From contig OZ024742.1 of the NCBI GenBank assembly GCA_964016885.1, positions 137,082,001 through 137,146,000 of the forward strand: a stretch of DNA of 64,000 bases, read 5' to 3'. Of the stretch, positions 12,477-25,049 are shown one piece after another (the first letter of the stretch is position 1; each line of letters opens with the position of its first letter). Both the position numbers and the translations under genes were made by a program. This DNA comes from Eledone cirrhosa (Eukaryota). The notes below the pieces were generated by a model. It did no database searches, was not told the origin of the DNA, and was given only the letters and a program-made list of their open reading frames with translations.

Positions 12477-14391
12477 ATGGCCGACTCAGAATCACCCCTT
12501 CCTCACAAACTAAGACTTCACACCGACACCACCATTGTAAATATTACTACGTTTGCCAACACTAAAAATATCAGCAGTAGCAATATTTTAAATTTGTCTC
12601 AACTAAATATTAATTTCCCGCCATTACCAATGACTGCAGATATTAAAACCGCCACCCCCACCACGACCACCGCGACAACCACCACCCCCACCACCACCGC
12701 GACAACAGAAACAAAAGAAAAAAATAAATTAACTCGCGATATCGAAATGAATTCAACCAAAATGAACTCTTCCACACCGAACACCACTGACGCCACCACC
12801 ACCACAACTGAAACTAAAATTAACAATAACAAAAATAACGATAACAACAACAGCAACAATGAAATTAAGAAAACTACCCTGAGCTTTGACAGAGTTGCAA
12901 AAACGTGCGAAGCGATCCAGGTAACTCAGGAGGAATTAGAAGAAGCCAAAAGAATGGTAAAGAAAGATGGGTACAGGGTCAGCCCCCACCCCACCCCCAC
13001 CTAATAAAATGGAGCATCGTCGCCTATGCACCGTGTCTTATCGGACAATTAACGTAAAATCGCGCCGAGTGGAACGGGCATCCCAGTCCCAAATCCAAAA
13101 AACTTTGGGACATGTGTGGGCAAAAAAAACACACATCAGACGTGGGCAGAAATATGGAACCGTGGACGTGTTCTTTGAAACACCACAGGAGGCTAGAGAA
13201 CACTCCATGACCCCATTAAGAAGTGACGATTTCACACTCGTCCCAAGCTATTGTGGCCAGAGACTTGTGAAGATCAGGGTGACTCACGTTCCACCGGCCA
13301 TCGAAATTCCCTGGCTAATGGCTGCCGTCCTCGCCGGCATCGAGGCCAACACCAAGATAATCCAAATAGCGAAAGAAAAGCAGGAGAACTGGTCCGGATC
13401 TGGGATGGAGCTCTTGATCGAAGCGGACCATAAAAGCATTGAGGAGATCCCAGATATAATAGACCTCACTGACGGCAGCCACCTCACCGTAATCGTCAAG
13501 GACAGAAGGCCTAGGTGTGTCGTTTGTAGTGAAGGAACCCACCTAAGGGCTTTCTGCCCTCAGGCTAAAAGGTTGAGACCACCTCTCTTACCCACCCCAG
13601 TGACTCAACCTTCAACACCACCAGCAGCAGAAATGGCAGCAACAACTGTAGCAGCAACAACAGAAGCAACTGTAACAGCAACAACCCCAGCAACAGTAAC
13701 AAAACCAACACCACCACCACCGAACGCGCCAGAACTAGCACCAGCGCCTACACCATCCACCACGCCACAGCCAAAATCAACGCCTGTGGAGGATTTTCCA
13801 CTCCCCGGCTTATCGCAACTGGAGACAGATTGTGACGACGAGGAGTGGGAAACGGTGTCAGGAAAAAGGAAAAAAAGAAACCAAAAAAGAAAAAAATTCT
13901 CTTCCTTCCCCCTCCAAAAACAAAATACAGAGGGAAACAAATAAATTATCAAACAAAAATTTAGGACAGATATGCCACCATCCACACCAGCATCACCAAC
14001 CCCATCACCGCAAACACCAACACCATCACCATCATTAACCCCAACACCACCATCACCAACACCACAAAAGTCACCAAAAAGCGGAACAGAAACAAACCCA
14101 CAACAAACGCAAACAAAACAAAACAACCAAAACGATACACACTACACAGCATTAAATTTGAACAACAACCAATTATTACACTACATGCAACACAACACCA
14201 GCATCACAGAAAAAGACTACACAACAACCCAAAAGTTCACACGACCTCCACACATACAAATCACTCGCATCACACAGAAAACGTACACGACACTAAAACA
14301 AAATCTCCCCAAAGACATCGGAGACTTCCGACAAACACTCTCCAGGAGGATTTATAAGGACATCCTTCCGGAGGAGGCCACAAGCAGTTAA
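12477..14391 (+). pseudogene. LINE ORF1 (gag-like nucleic-acid-binding protein), frameshifted
   Basis: 12477-13004 shifts at the C-run near 12990 into 12967-13944, continuing in the same frame to 14391 past one TAA; CX2CX4HX4C knuckle CVVCSEGTHLRAFC (13516-13557); EWETVSGKRKKR; Pro/Thr-rich linker. Confidence 0.8.
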
Positions 14392-14467
14392 AAGGATGGA
14401 CACACCATCCTTCCTCTACGAGAAGTAAGGTAAGTGGTCTTTCCCATCTTTTCCACTCCATTTCAAC

Positions 14468-17400
14468 ATGACTTCTCTCAGAATAGACAGCATAAATGCG
14501 CGTGGCTTGGGATTGTCATGGAAGTAGGGCCACCTGCTCAACAACTTCAGGTCACTAAACATAGATGTAGTGGCCATCAGCGAGACCAGAATCTCCGAAG
14601 TACGGGCCTTCGCACCGATCTTCGGCGGCTACGATGTGTACGTATCTCCCAGCCGTCCTGGATCGGGGGGAGGAGTTACTGTGCTTTTTTGGAGACGTTT
14701 GGATCTCGCCATACGAGTCATCTTCCTGGACCCAGAAGGTAAGTTGGTGGTGCTAGACGTGACCAGCAGAGACGAGCAAGCTTTCAGGCTAGTGGCCGTC
14801 TATGCCCCGACAGGAGCATGGCGGCCTGATTTATTCCGGCGTCTGGTGACCTTTCTTGGAACGTCCCGCACTTTAGTGTTAGTGGGCGACTGGAACGGGA
14901 TCTTAGATGCACGCTGGGACTGTGTGGGATGAGCGTATAGGGGAGGAGGGTGCAAGAGCCTGACCAACCTGCTCAGGAGTTTTGAGCTGTCTGACAGGTA
15001 CCGATTCAATTTCCTGAATGTGCCAATGTGGACATGGACAAATTGCATAGGGTCATCTAGATCATATATATATAGAGTATTTAGTAGGGAAATAGATAGG
15101 TCTAGCATAGGCTGTCCACAATTCAAGGTAGTCAGCTACACGGACCACAAATCGTGATCTGTGTGCTTGACTTAGATAGGCTTCATAGACTAGGACCCGG
15201 CTACTGGAAGCTACACCCGTCCTTACCAGCGCGCAAGGCCTACATAGACCGGATTAGCGAACTAGTTAAGCGAGCGTTGACGGGGGCCATCGTCAACAAC
15301 AAGTGTTGGTTTGCTCTGAAAAGAGCAAATAGAATAGAGTCCATTAGGTTTAGTAAGGCTTTAGCAATAAAGAAAAATAGAGCAGAGGGAGAATTAGTTA
15401 GAAAATTAGACGAGGCGCTTAGCAAAGGCATCGCGACCGACGTAATCTCAGCGAAATTGGCCCTTGACCAATTCTTCAAAGCAAAGCACGAAGGCTAGGG
15501 TGCGTGCTCTCAGACACGAGGGGACGAAAGCCGTTCAATGGGCCCGAGTGGCAGAGGCTCGTCGTGGCAACAAACCACGATCCCGTCTTTGGTGGACCAC
15601 GACGGGCGCATGCTACTCGATCCGGGAAAATGTGTGAAGCTTTTCAGAGACATTTCCCTCAGCTGTTCTGGGGCAGCGGCGGGCCGGATCGAGGGATGGA
15701 CTTTAGTGTCTACCTCGACGGACTGCCGCGGCTCTCGGCCACTGAGGCGGAGTGTTGCGAAAAGCCGATAACAGCGTCTGAAGTACGAGAGGCAATGACT
15801 GGCTGCACAAGGGGTAAATCGCCTGGTTTGGATGGTCTGCCCTATGAACTTTACGTACAAATGCCAGACTTGTTCGGAGGCCTCTTGGCGGACGTCTACT
15901 GCAACTGGCAACAGAACGTGAGAATTCCCAGCTCTGGAGCCGAGGAGCTGTGGCGCTGCCTGAGAAAGGATCCGAACAAGGGGGTTAAAATAGATAATTT
16001 TAGGCCCATAACTCTGCTAAACACAGAGTTCAAGATTTTGGCCAAGGTGCGAGCAAAGAAGTTGGCGGTTGTTGTTGGTGGTCTGGTGGGAGAGGCGCAG
16101 ACATGCGCCATTCCCGTCAGATCCATCCACGACTACCTCTACCTCATGCGATACATCGTAGAGAGGGGAGGGTAGCTAGGGAACCTGGCTACGGGTGGGT
16201 CCTTGAACAATTTAGATCAGTCGAAAGCTTTCGATAGGGTCGACCATCGTTACCTAGCGGCAGTCCTGAGGGCGGCTGGCTTTGGGCCCGTCTTCAGAGG
16301 CTGGATCGCTGCCATGCACAGCGACATCTGCTCTGTGGTGAGAGTGAACGGTCACCTTTCTGAACCGTTCAACATCATGCGCTCGGTCCGCCAAGGATGT
16401 CCCCTCTCGTCCCTCTTGTACGTATTGACTCTCGAGCCATTACTGCGGAAACTGGAGACGTTGAGGGGCGTCCCGCGCGAACTAGGATGCGGAAGATCCG
16501 TGTCAGCATATGCAGACGATGTCACCGTAGTGGTGTCGAACGCCAAACACATCGAGGCGATCGGCACTACACTAAGAGAATACGAAGCGGTGACAAGAAC
16601 AATGATCAACCAGGAAAAGTCAGTGGGCCTGCAGCTCGGCACCTGGAGAGGCAGGTCCATGCCGTCCAACAGCGTCGTCGGACGCTGGGCGGACGGACCG
16701 GTTAAATTGCTAGGGGTCTGGTTTGGTCCGGACCTCCAGACGGACAAAAACTGGGACGGGGTGACGAGCAGGTTGGCTTCTCTCACCCAGAAATGGGCGG
16801 AGAGGAAGCTATCCCTGAAAGGTCGAGCGGAGGTGGCTAACGCGTACATCGCGTCTGTCATCTGCAACCGCCTGACCGTCGTACCTTGTCCTAAGCCTCG
16901 CCTGACTGCGCTGGAGCGTTTTCTCTTTCGCTTTTTGTGGAAGGGACGCGCTCCGATGGTCAGGCGGTTCATCTGTTGTCAACACCCGCTACGTGGAGGG
17001 CTGGGAATGCCGTGGCTGATGATGCGCAGTCACGCGCTCAGGCTACGACATCTCCACCTCTTCTTCGACGGTGATCAGGTGTGGTCGCCGTTTGCTAGAC
17101 ACGTATTTCCCCAGCTCGTTTCCTTGACGGAGCTGCAGTCCTGGGTCAAGCGAAGACCGAGAGGAAGCGCCTGGAGACTGGAATGTCTTCAGGCGCTCAC
17201 AGCCCTCGACCAATCGGGCAATGTGATCGGTGGAAACTCCACCTCGGCGTTCTATAGAGGATTAGTGGAGAGGAAGAGCGACGACGTACTTGGGGAAACT
17301 CTAGGCGTCGACGAAAATCAACTAGCCAATCTCTTCGGAAGAACTTTCGGGCCAGGGCCTATGGACAACTTCCAGAAATCTCTGGCCTGGCAGTGCTACC

Positions 17401-17875
17401 GAGGAGCCTTGCCAGTTCGGGATAAACTCTACAGGCATGGAGGTGCCGTCAGCCGGGCATGTCCGAGATGCGCGCAGGGCGACGAAACCGTCCCGCACGC
17501 ACTCGTCCAGTGTCCGAAAATTGCTGACTTGTGGGTTTATGTCAACACCTGCTGTCGCGTGTAGGACGGATCCGGCTATCATCTGAGTCCATCGTGAGGA
17601 TTGCCCCGCCCTCTTCCTTTAGCCGGGAAGGGTAGGCAGTTATTATCTGTCTGGTGGCCATGGCGAAAGAGATAGTATGGTGGACACGTTTGAAAGGGCT
17701 GAAGACGAGAACTTACCTCTTCGGTGATGCCCTGATTGACTTTTTCAAATTTCATTTGAAAAGGAAAATCAGAGTAGAGAGGGAAGTGCTCTCTTCCCAG
17801 CATTTTGTTGAAAGATGGGTGAGAGAAGCAAGAATGGCCCGAGTGAATGGGCCTACTCTGAGCATGTGTCTGTAA
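14468..17875 (+). pseudogene. LINE ORF2 (AP endonuclease + reverse transcriptase + CCHC), with stops and frameshifts
   Basis: MTSLRIDSINARGL, AISET, VYAP, GDWN, TDH (APE); KSPGLDGLP, FRPITLLNT, LDQSKAFDRV, VRQGCPLS, YADD at 16509-16520 (RT); CPRC..ETVPHALVQC. Confidence 0.93.
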
Positions 17876-18120
17876 ATTAAAGGTGGAAAACTGGTAGAGA
17901 GCACTTGCCTTGGTGGTCAGGGTCACTGTGGCCTTTTACTGGGCTTTCACCACAAATGTCCCTCCGAAGTCCCCTATTGGGGAATTTTTCATTGTTATTT
18001 TTTGTTACATCCTCTGTTTTTGTTTTTTACACGCAGAAATGCCCATTTGAACCGTCCTGTATTGTCCTGCACTGTCCTTAATGTCTACTTTATGTAAACC
18101 CTTGTGGTTAATAAAGCAAT

Positions 18121-18159
18121 CATTATTATTATGATTATTATTATTATTATTATTATTAT

Positions 18160-18199
<40 letters not shown>

Positions 18200-18216
18200 T
18201 GTTGTAGTAGTAGTAT

Positions 18217-18262
<46 letters not shown>

Positions 18263-18304
18263 TGTAGTAGTAGTAGAAGTAGTAGTAGTAGTAGTAGTAG
18301 TATT
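18121..18304. repeat. (ATT)n/(AGT)n microsatellite
   Basis: Direct reading; adjoins the LINE 3' end. Confidence 0.95.
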
Positions 18305-18462
18305 GCAGGTTAACCTTGTTAGTTAGACATGCCAGGTTTTCGAGAGAGAATGTAGTTTTTCTTTCTTACCCCATATACCGTCTATAGTGCTCCTTCGTAC
18401 ACGTCTACCTGTATGTGTATGTTTGGCTGTATATATATACACATACACACACACACTATATA

Positions 18463-18545
<83 letters not shown>

Positions 18546-18810
18546 GCACACATACACACATGTACCCACCATAATTTGCGGCAGACGGGGAGAGTAGTGA
18601 GTTTTGATATGTACCAAAAAGTACGAAACAACACTGTTAACTTATCTCCCCTTGTCTGCCGAACATTTAACTAAGCGACCATATCACTACTTTAAAACGA
18701 TAGCGTATGGTCTTCAAAATGCTTTTAATTAAGCATACAGTGTATTGCAAATTACACTATATATACATTTATATATATATCGCTATTTCAGAGCACCAAT
18801 TCTAATTTTC

Positions 18811-18872
<62 letters not shown>

Positions 18873-19569
18873 CAATTTAGAAATTAAAAATTAAAAAATA
18901 TATGATCAACACTACTGTGTTTTTTTGGCAAAATGACAATAACTTTTTAGCCAGATAGAAATACCTTAATTCAAGTACATATAGTCCGTCTGTATCGATC
19001 TAGAGAATTTTAAATATTAAATCTATACTTACAGACGTAAAATGGCAACTGCCTGGTGCCTAGACAAGTTTAAATTTCAAAATTCAAACCTTTTCAGCAG
19101 ATCGGGCAGAACTTCAAAACATAAACCTGTTTCACAAGGGTTGTTATACTAATGAAATAATTAATTAATTACGGAACAACTATTTATAAAATAATTATTA
19201 GTAGAGTAATCAATTTTCTGTGATCTACGGTAGGCACCCAGAAATTAAAATCACTTCTCCTAAGACAGTATCTTAAGATTGATCTGTCGCAAGCCTAATA
19301 CATGTGCTTTTGCACACGACCTTCTCAGCATTCTGTACATAATACTGGTTGTTTCTCAACTAGATATATAAATCATGCTTTGAGCTTAATGTTCAGTGGG
19401 CTTTGCTTGTTGAGTGACTTAATCAATATAGAACGAATATGTATAGATTTAACCTAACCAGTCCTCTTATATCAGCCGTCTGAGAGACGTTGGTTTTATT
19501 CGATCGTCTTACTTAGTCAGTTAACTAGTACAGAGCGAGATATATATAGTAAGACCTTAAGCACATACT

Positions 19570-19810
19570 GACGGATGATGTTCCCTGGTCGTGATGATGC
19601 TTGTTATTAATTCACAAGCTGTTTAATGTTCTCCACATTTCCGAGAGTCACGCTCGTGGCTGGTCTTCCAGGTCGCTCGTCATCTTCCAGGGGCGTTCTT
19701 CCGCTTTTGAAGCGTCCATGCCAAACGAAATATTACGTACCATCCAATTGCCTTGTCGCCATCAGATTGCTGAAGCATGCCCAATATTCTGTAGCAGACT
19801 TCCCAAACTG
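19570..19810 (-). mobile_element. Mariner transposase N-terminal (HTH) fragment, decayed
   Basis: Minus-strand translation across frameshifts gives GKSATE..GMLQQ..GD and WHGRFKSGRTPLEDDERPGRPATSVTLGNVENIKQLV, typical of mariner HTH regions. Confidence 0.75.
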
Positions 19811-19850
19811 GCTCCTTCCTTATATATATCTATATGTTATACATATATAC

Positions 19851-19976
<126 letters not shown>

Positions 19977-20259
19977 GCTTAATATACTAGGAAATATACA
20001 TACATATACACACACAGATGTATATATAGGTGCGCGTGTATGCACGCCTCTCTGTGTGTGTGTGTATGTGTGTATTTCCGCATATGTGTGTTGATAGATA
20101 CAGAAGCAGATAACAGAGAGACGTACGCTACTCAGCGCCCTTAAAAAAAGAGACATTTATAATGAAACCCATCTTGAAACAATTCAATTAAATTAAATTA
20201 ACAAGAGGCATGCCAACATGACACAGGAACGAAAAAAAAAATACCAAACCAAATAAAAT

Positions 20260-20462
20260 AATTTTGCTTTCTAACATAAGCACAAAGCCAGAAAACATAG
20301 GTAAAGGAACGTTGATAATATCGACCCAAGTACTTGGCTGGAAATTTATTTTCATCGACCTCTAAGAGATTATTTGTAAAGTTAACCCTGGCGAGATTTG
20401 AACATACAGCCGGAACAAATATTGCTATCAGTTTATCCGACGCTCTACTGACCTCACCGGCC
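20260..20462 (-). mobile_element. Old diverged tRNA-SINE copy
   Basis: Degenerate match to the SINE tail, body and B box (GATTTGAAC). Confidence 0.65.
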
Positions 20463-20921
20463 TTACAAAAAAAAAGAAAGGAAAAAGAGAAAAAAATTCA
20501 CATGTCTATGCCATATACATAGTATAGAATACATACATAATCATATCGTCATTAATCCAGTAAAGTGCAACACCTCCCATTTATATATATATGTTTATGT
20601 GTGTGCGCACGTGTGGACGTGCGTGTCTGTTTGTGTTTGTGATACTGAGTATGTTTGTGAGAGCTGTCCTGGTAATTATTCCATATCAATAAATTTGTAG
20701 ACAGGGAAGCCATTGTAAACGGTAAACGAATCGGATCTCTTTCAAGTGGAATTCAATTCCATTCTGAAACCAATTATCACGATCAAGCTACCTATCGCAA
20801 GATAATCCAATAGCTAGATTATATCTAGACAAAAGCAAATTTAATATATACACACTCATAAGCTCTCATACCCACAAAATGTTATATAAACATACGCAGA
20901 CATACACGCATGTGTGTTGGT

Positions 20922-21016
<95 letters not shown>

Positions 21017-21090
21017 TGATGGTAGATAAGATGCTTCCATAGGCGGTATGCCGGTTGAGCACTCTATGCTCTTACAGTGCAGAGTATGAT

Positions 21091-21386
21091 AGAATAGAAA
21101 ACGAAAAATCAGTGATGCATCTGAACTCAATTTATTGTGTGTTACAATTGTTTGCCGGCGGACAGCTCGAGGCGCGATCATTGTATGGATCTCTCTGATT
21201 CTGGACCTGCAGGTTCGACGGACACGTGAGAGAATATGCTCCGAAATCATTAGACGTGTCCGTCGAATCTGCGGGTCCAGAATCAGACCGATCCACACAA
21301 TGATCGCGTCTCGATTTGTCCGCCGGCGAAACAATTGTAACACAATAAATTGAGTTCAGATGCATCACTGATTTTCCGTTTTTTAT

Positions 21387-21389
<3 letters not shown>
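21091..21389. mobile_element. 300-bp fold-back insert carrying the 3' half of an HHR
   Basis: Arms 21091-21228/21254-21389; right arm has GAAA-CAATTG-TA (21328-21339) and AATAAA (21344-21349). Confidence 0.7.
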
Positions 21390-21451
<62 letters not shown>

Positions 21452-21456
<5 letters not shown>

Positions 21457-21689
21457 TATGTGCACGCACATACATATATGTATACAGACGCACAGTAGTA
21501 TGTATATATATACATACATGCACACATATATATATATATGCACGTATGAATTCACCGAACATTTATTATAATGCTCGGTGCGGTTGTAAACAAACATCCC
21601 GTATTAAGCCGTAGTGTCCAGCAATCATCGTTGCTCGTTTGTTCAACACTGACAAAGGAAAGCTGTACTATGTTCAAGCTTATTAGCTA
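21452..21689 (-). repeat. Inverted partial copy of the HHR repeat unit, head-to-head with the array
   Basis: Reverse complement of ~21711-21945; stops just before the CTGACGA core; begins in (TA)n. Confidence 0.85.
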
Positions 21690-23600
21690 GAAGGTATACG
21701 TTGCTGACGATAGCTAATAAGCTTGAAACTAGTACAGCTTTCCTTTGTCAGTGTTGAACAAACGAGCAACGATGGTTGCTGGACACTACGGCTTAATACG
21801 GGATGTTTGTTTACAAACACACCGAGTACTATAATAAATGTTCTGTAAATCCATACGTGCATATATATATGTGTGCATGTATGTATATATATATACATAC
21901 TACTGTGTTTCTGTATACATATATGTATGTGCGTGTACATACTTATATTTAAGTAACAGCCGTACTAAGAGTGGGAAATTAAATTTCGTTTCATTTTTTC
22001 CGTTTATCGTTTTCGGTGCACCCGACCGATTAACCCACTCGATATGCAAATTGGGCTACTCAGCCGTCAATATGCATAAGGTAAGTATATGCGTTCAACA
22101 ATTTGGCAGGAAGGTATACGTTGCTGACGATAGCTAATAAGCTTGAAACTAGTACAGCGTTCCTTTGTCAGTGTTGAACAAACGAGCAACGATGGTTGCT
22201 GGACACTACGGCTTAATACGGGATGTTTCTTTACAAACACACCGAGCATTATAATAAATGTTCGATGAATCCATACGTGCATAGATATATGTGTGCATGT
22301 ATGTATATATACATACTACTGTGCGTCTGTATACATATATGTATGTGCGTGTACATACTTATATTTAAGTAACAGCCGTACTAAGAGTGGGAAATGAAAT
22401 TTCCACTCGATATGCAAATTGGGCTCCTCAGCCGTCAATATGCATAAGGTAAGTATATACGTTCAACAATCTGGCAGGAAGGTATACGTTGCTGACGATA
22501 GCTAATAAGCTTGAAACTAGTACAGCGTTCCTTTCTCGGTGTTGAACATACGAGCAACGATGGTTACTGGACACTACGGCTTAATATGGGATGTTTGTTT
22601 ACAAACACACCGAGCATTATAATAAACGTTCGGTGAATCCATACGTGCATATATATATGTGTGCATGTATGTATATATATATACATACTACTGTGCGTCT
22701 GTATACATATATGTATGTGCGTGTACATACTTATATTTAAGTAACAACCGTACTAAGAGTGGGAAATGAAATTTCGTTTCATATTTTACGTTTATCGTTT
22801 TCGGTGCACCCGGCCGATTAACCCACTCGTTATGCAAATTGGGCTACTCAGCCGTTAATATGGATAAGGTAAGTATATATGTTCAACAATCTGGCAGGAA
22901 GGTATACGTTGCTGACGATAGCTAATAAGCTTGAAACTAGTACAGCGTTCCTTTGTCGGTGTTGAACATACGAGCAACGATGGTTACTGGACACTACGGC
23001 TTAATACGGGATGTTTGTTTACAAACACACCGAGCATTATAATAAATGTTCGGTGAATCCATACGTGCATATATATATGTGTGCATGTATGTATATATAT
23101 ATACATACTACTGTGCGTCTGTATACATATATGTATGTGCGTGTACATACTTATATTTAAGTAACAGCCGTACTAAGAGTGGAACATGAAATGTCCACTC
23201 GATATGTCCATTGCGCTACTCAGCCGTTAATATGCATAAGGTAAGGTAAGTTTATGCGTTCAACAATCTGGCAGGAAGGTATACGTTGCTGACGATAGCT
23301 AATAAGCTTGAAACTAGTACAGCGTTCCTTTGTCAGTGTTGAACAAACGAGCAACGATGGTTGCTGGACACTACGGCTTAATACGGGATGTTTGTTTACA
23401 AACACACCGAGCATTATAATAAATGTTCGGTGAATCCATACGTGCATATATATGTGTGTGCATGTATGTATATATATATATATATATACATACTACTGTG
23501 CGTCTGTATACATATATGTATGTGCGTGTACATACTTATATTTAAGTAACAGCCGTACTAAGAGTGGGAAATGAAATTTCGTTTCATTTTTTCCCGTTTA
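21690..23600 (+). mobile_element. Tandem array of 5 hammerhead-containing units (non-LTR retrozyme-like)
   Basis: CTGACGA at 21704, 22124, 22492, 22912, 23289 (periods 420, 368, 420, 377); no conserved meaningful ORF; ends in (TA)n. Confidence 0.85.
22105..22169 (+). ncRNA. Type I hammerhead ribozyme (representative of 5 copies)
   Basis: GGCAGGAA-ggtata-CGTTG-CTGACGA-tAGCTaataAGCTt-GAAA-CTAG-TA-CAGCG-TTCCTtTGTC: bulged stem I, stem II, palindromic stem III ACTAGT, GUA triplet. Confidence 0.85.
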
Positions 23601-23899
23601 TATATATATATATACACACACACGCAGAATGCGTCATTATTTTAGGATATTTGGATGAATATGGAAAAAGACGAATAGCACATCAAAGAAATACTTTATT
23701 TAGATACAATTGGTACAAATATTATTTACAATACATTTATGATATATATTCAATGTTAGCTTCAATGACTGCTTCAACATGGAATCTGAAGCGTTGACAT
23801 GTCCTGATTATATGACTTCTATCAATACTAGACATTGTTCTGGTAATAGAGGTCTTGAGATCTATATACATAGTATTATGAGGTTGATTATTAACCTCT

Positions 23900-25030
23900 C
23901 TTTAAAATATGTAATAGTGACGGGGTTTTAGGTCTATGAGTTAGGAGGCCATGTATCTGGAAAAACGTGGTCGTCAGCAGTGTCACACATAACACCGATC
24001 TCTACCATTCTCTTGCTGAACTCTCTAAGGCATTCGATACTGTAGCTGACTTTGTCTAAATTTGAATGACCTTAAAAGTTTGTAAATATATTGCATGCTC
24101 TTCATAAAGAAAAGGAAACCAGAGTTATCTTTCGAATCGCATTCACTTCTCCTTTTATAGTAGGATGTGGCGTGAAATAGCAAGACCCTGGTGCAGTTAT
24201 ACACTTTCCCTTATATTTTGCTGCAATGGCCCGTCATTCTTTCCAAAATAACAATGTATGATATCGTACTATAGGAAATATCTTTAAGTGTTATGCTTTA
24301 GCAAGCATAAACTTAAGGACAAAGTATTGACCTCTCTAATGTGCGTCTGTATACATATATGTATACAGACTTTATGCTAATGAATGTATCTTTTCAGTCA
24401 TACACAGCCTGGATTGCTATCGATAATTTCTGCATTTGATTCGGCATTTTACTCTATAAAGATGTAAAGAAAACGGCATTTTTGTGACAACCTGTACCTG
24501 GTCAAGTTTTAAGGTAACCTAAATTATATGTGAAAAGTAATCTTCCGTAGATAGTTGAATAATTCATATACCTTGTGGTTGCAGCGAACAAGTTTGAAAT
24601 ATTGGGCTGAGAAATATCCCTAGGGATTCGAAATACGTTAAACTACTTTGTTTGTTTAGAATATTGGGTTTGGTCACAAAGAGATATCAACAACGAAACA
24701 AAATATATATTTATATAACCTTTGTGTTATCCCCTCTTCTGAACTCCTCTGAAACCTGAACATGTTACACACTTCATTTCGGATTCCTGGAACACCCTAT
24801 TCTGAAAATAAAATGGAATTCATACACTCTCGACTCTGTTATTCTAGCTAGTTCTTGTATTTCTTTTGTGTAGACAATGGATGTGCAAAACAATTGCGTT
24901 GGTCTGGGCATATTGACCACATGGCTGACGAGCGTACTCCTACCTAAACAATTATTAGTTTATGGGGAACATGTTCTGAGAAAAATCAAACAGTGTAGGA
25001 GTAAGTTAAAAATATAGCATAGTCTAAAAA
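23900..25030 (+). mobile_element. Highly decayed RTE-clade LINE (RT and C-terminal remnants)
   Basis: Fragments read LSKAFDTV, VWSQRDINNETK, LSPLLNSSET, QLRWSGHIDHMADERTP..YGE. Confidence 0.65.
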
Positions 25031-25049
25031 CATTTGAGCAAAACAGCTA

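Larger units (their letters stand above)
12261..18120 (+). mobile_element. Full-length, disrupted Tx1/L1-clade non-LTR retrotransposon
   Basis: ORF1 with zinc knuckle and ORF2 with APE-RT-CCHC; flanked by near-identical CATTATTATTA(AT/TG)ATTATTATT (12239-12260 and 18121-18142), a probable TSD. Confidence 0.92.

Noticed and set aside
21690-23600. CRISPR-like array or coding repeat (MHVWIHRTF... ORFs)
   Set aside because: Whole units are repeated with no unique spacers; ORFs are not maintained in all units; eukaryotic context
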